Shown here one piece after another: positions 62,438 to 64,000 of a stretch of 64,000 bases of DNA. Position numbers and translations under genes: made by a program. Source of the DNA: an uncultured bacterium (GTDB taxonomy: Bacteria; Verrucomicrobiota; Verrucomicrobiia; Limisphaerales; UBA8199); NCBI GenBank assembly GCA_963749495.1, contig CAVVMW010000018.1, positions 377,733-441,732 on the forward strand. The letters are read 5' to 3'. The notes below the pieces were generated by a model. The model saw only the letters and a list, made by a program, of their open reading frames with translations, was not told the origin of the DNA and ran no database searches. How positions within the stretch are numbered: the stretch's first letter is position 1; each line of letters opens with the position of its first letter.

Positions 62438-62636
62438 CAGGCGGTCGGCTGCGTCCCGGCCTGCACACCCTAATGTTGGTGCATCCCCGAATTGAAACAG
62501 AAGGTAACGGAGGGAACTAAGGTTGTGTGGGGTTCAGGTTCTCAGTTTCCTTTGTCCTCTCCCAAGCAAGCAAGGCTCGGGGCTCCACTAACAAGGCGCC
62601 ACGGCCACAACGACTTGCCCGGGCGCGGAGGCCGCG

Positions 62637-62963
62637 TCAGAAGGAGGACGCCTCCTCCAAGGAACCCCAATTGAGCGCAACCATCGCAGCCCCATGGCTG
62701 AGAAAGCCCCGGGCCTCAACTGGGATTTCCACCGATTCACCGATGGCGGGAGTGCCTGGGGGCACAGGGGCGTCGCTCCAGCGGTCAAGCGTGTATTGCC
62801 GCGCAGCGCACTGGATGACGAGCGAAATACAGTACCGCACCTTCCCATCACGTTGCTTCACTTCGCGACGCCTTCGGGCGGCCACGGTGCCGGACAACGT
62901 CAAGCCGTCTCTCCTTGGGACGCCCTCGCGGTTGGAAGATTGCTCCTGATTTTTCGTCGGCAT
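62637..62963 (-). CDS. Small hypothetical protein, possibly OB-fold
   Basis: 108-aa ORF with ATG and a GGAGG-like RBS; beta-strand pattern LSGTVAAR..RDGKVRYCISLVI..IGESVEIPVEARGF. Confidence 0.5.
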   Translation of the reverse strand: MPTKNQEQSSNREGVPRRDGLTLSGTVAARRRREVKQRDGKVRYCISLVIQCAARQYTLDRWSDAPVPPGTPAIGESVEIPVEARGFLSHGAAMVALNWGSLEEASSF

Positions 62964-63590
62964 AGAATTGCCTCCAATTTGTTGTGACTTTCTTTTTTCG
63001 GTTGTGCTTTTCTGCTGCTGGTGGCCGATAGCCACTTCGCAATATCGTTGATCACTTCGGAATCCACGTGGCCCGGCGTTTCGTACTCTGCCGGGGTACA
63101 CCTGCCTTCTCCGGAAATAAACGCGTGGTTCAAGGTTGGATAGAGCTTGAGGGTGACGAGATCTTTACTCTTCAAAGCGTCCTGCCACATCTGGTAGTCC
63201 GCGACGGTCGCCTGGTAGTCTCGCGCTCCTTGGAGGATGAGCATGGGGCATTTTAAGGCCTGTGCTGCGCGAGCCGGGACATAATCTCCCATGTCCAGCC
63301 AGTAGCGTGGGGGGGGGCTCCGAGGAGGGAGGTGGCGGAAGAGATGTCGTTTGTGGTCAGGGCCTTGACCTTGGCCATTTCCGATTTGAAGCTGTCAAAT
63401 TGCTTGCTCGCTTCCGAGGGCGAGTTTACCTGTAGGGAAGCGAGGTACCTCATCTGATCGATCCACCCATCCTCAAGACCGCGATTGCCGGCGGCCAGGA
63501 TGATCAACCCGGCAATGTCCGGGATCTCCTTCGCAATCCTGGGCGCGAGCATGCCCCCCAGGCTGTGCCCCAGAAGGAAATTTTCAATTT
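62900..63590 (-). pseudogene. C-terminal part of an alpha/beta hydrolase, frameshifted at a 9-nt G/C run (63309-63317)
   Basis: IFLLGHSLGGMLAPRIA (GxSxG), PMLILQGARDYQ (Asp), YPTLNHAF (His). Confidence 0.8.
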
Positions 63591-63599
63591 CGCTCTCAT

Positions 63600-64000
63600 C
63601 GTGATAGATTGATTTGTCGCAGTCATAATCTCAAAGAGTTTGAGTATCCACGTCGAAGTTCCTCCGCCAGTGACCGCCCCCAGAGACGCAGCGGAGATGC
63701 TTGAGGCCAACCCCGCCGGCGCCGCTTCGACGGCGTGCCCCCTGATGGCCGAGGCAATCAAGGCCGAGGAGGCGGCAATGCCCTGGCGGACGAAGTAAGA
63801 CTGGAGCCTGTCCAAGGCCCGAGTGACGCGCTTTTGGGCCGCGTCCTCGGAACTTCCCAGGGCTTGGCCCACTTCACGCAGGCTTTTTCTTTTGAAGAAA
63901 CGCAGCGCGACGGCATCCTGATCAGCGGGTTCGAGCGTGGCGATCCCGGCGTCGAGGTGGGGGGCCAGGGCCTCCCAAACCGAGCGTGAATCCGGCTCAA
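63600..64000 (-). CDS. ECF sigma factor region 4 with Ala-rich C-terminal extension (partial; starts beyond the window)
   Basis: WEALAPHLDAGIATLEPADQDAVALRFFKRKSLREVGQALGSSEDAAQKRVTRALDRL...APAGLA, typical of extended ECFs of Verrucomicrobia/Planctomycetes. Confidence 0.85.

Overview
A GC-rich accessory region, most likely from a Verrucomicrobiota genome (Pedosphaera/Limisphaerales-like; inferred from gene families and repeat types). From left to right it holds: (1) a secreted cyclophilin-type PPIase gene, divergent from a giant LEPR-XLL-type extracellular protein gene (~6,460 codons once one frameshift is corrected) with nested tandem repeats; this ~20-kb module is bracketed by a ~400-bp direct repeat of the PPIase 5' end. 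(2) Three tRNA-Cys-like 3'-end fragments (22669, 29466, 36855), each preceded by a matching end motif, which delimit a tandem array of apparently decayed genomic islands. One island carries ECF sigma/anti-sigma/CotH::DUF4956/VTC genes, the other TetR/DUF6448/hemerythrin/ABC/ldh/qNor genes; both contain mobile-element gene remnants. (3) An intact CotH-DUF4956-VTC operon, a propeller histidine kinase/NarL pair with an in-frame palindromic insert, and a 2,683-aa mosaic surface protein. (4) A deletion-riddled operon whose first large secreted protein ends in a toxin-less Hint domain (His-Asp terminus) and is translationally coupled to a second secreted protein and a rhodanese. No intact tRNA, rRNA, CRISPR array, integrase or transposase was seen. 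Several single-base frameshifts may be sequencing errors. All family calls are from motif recognition, not database searches.
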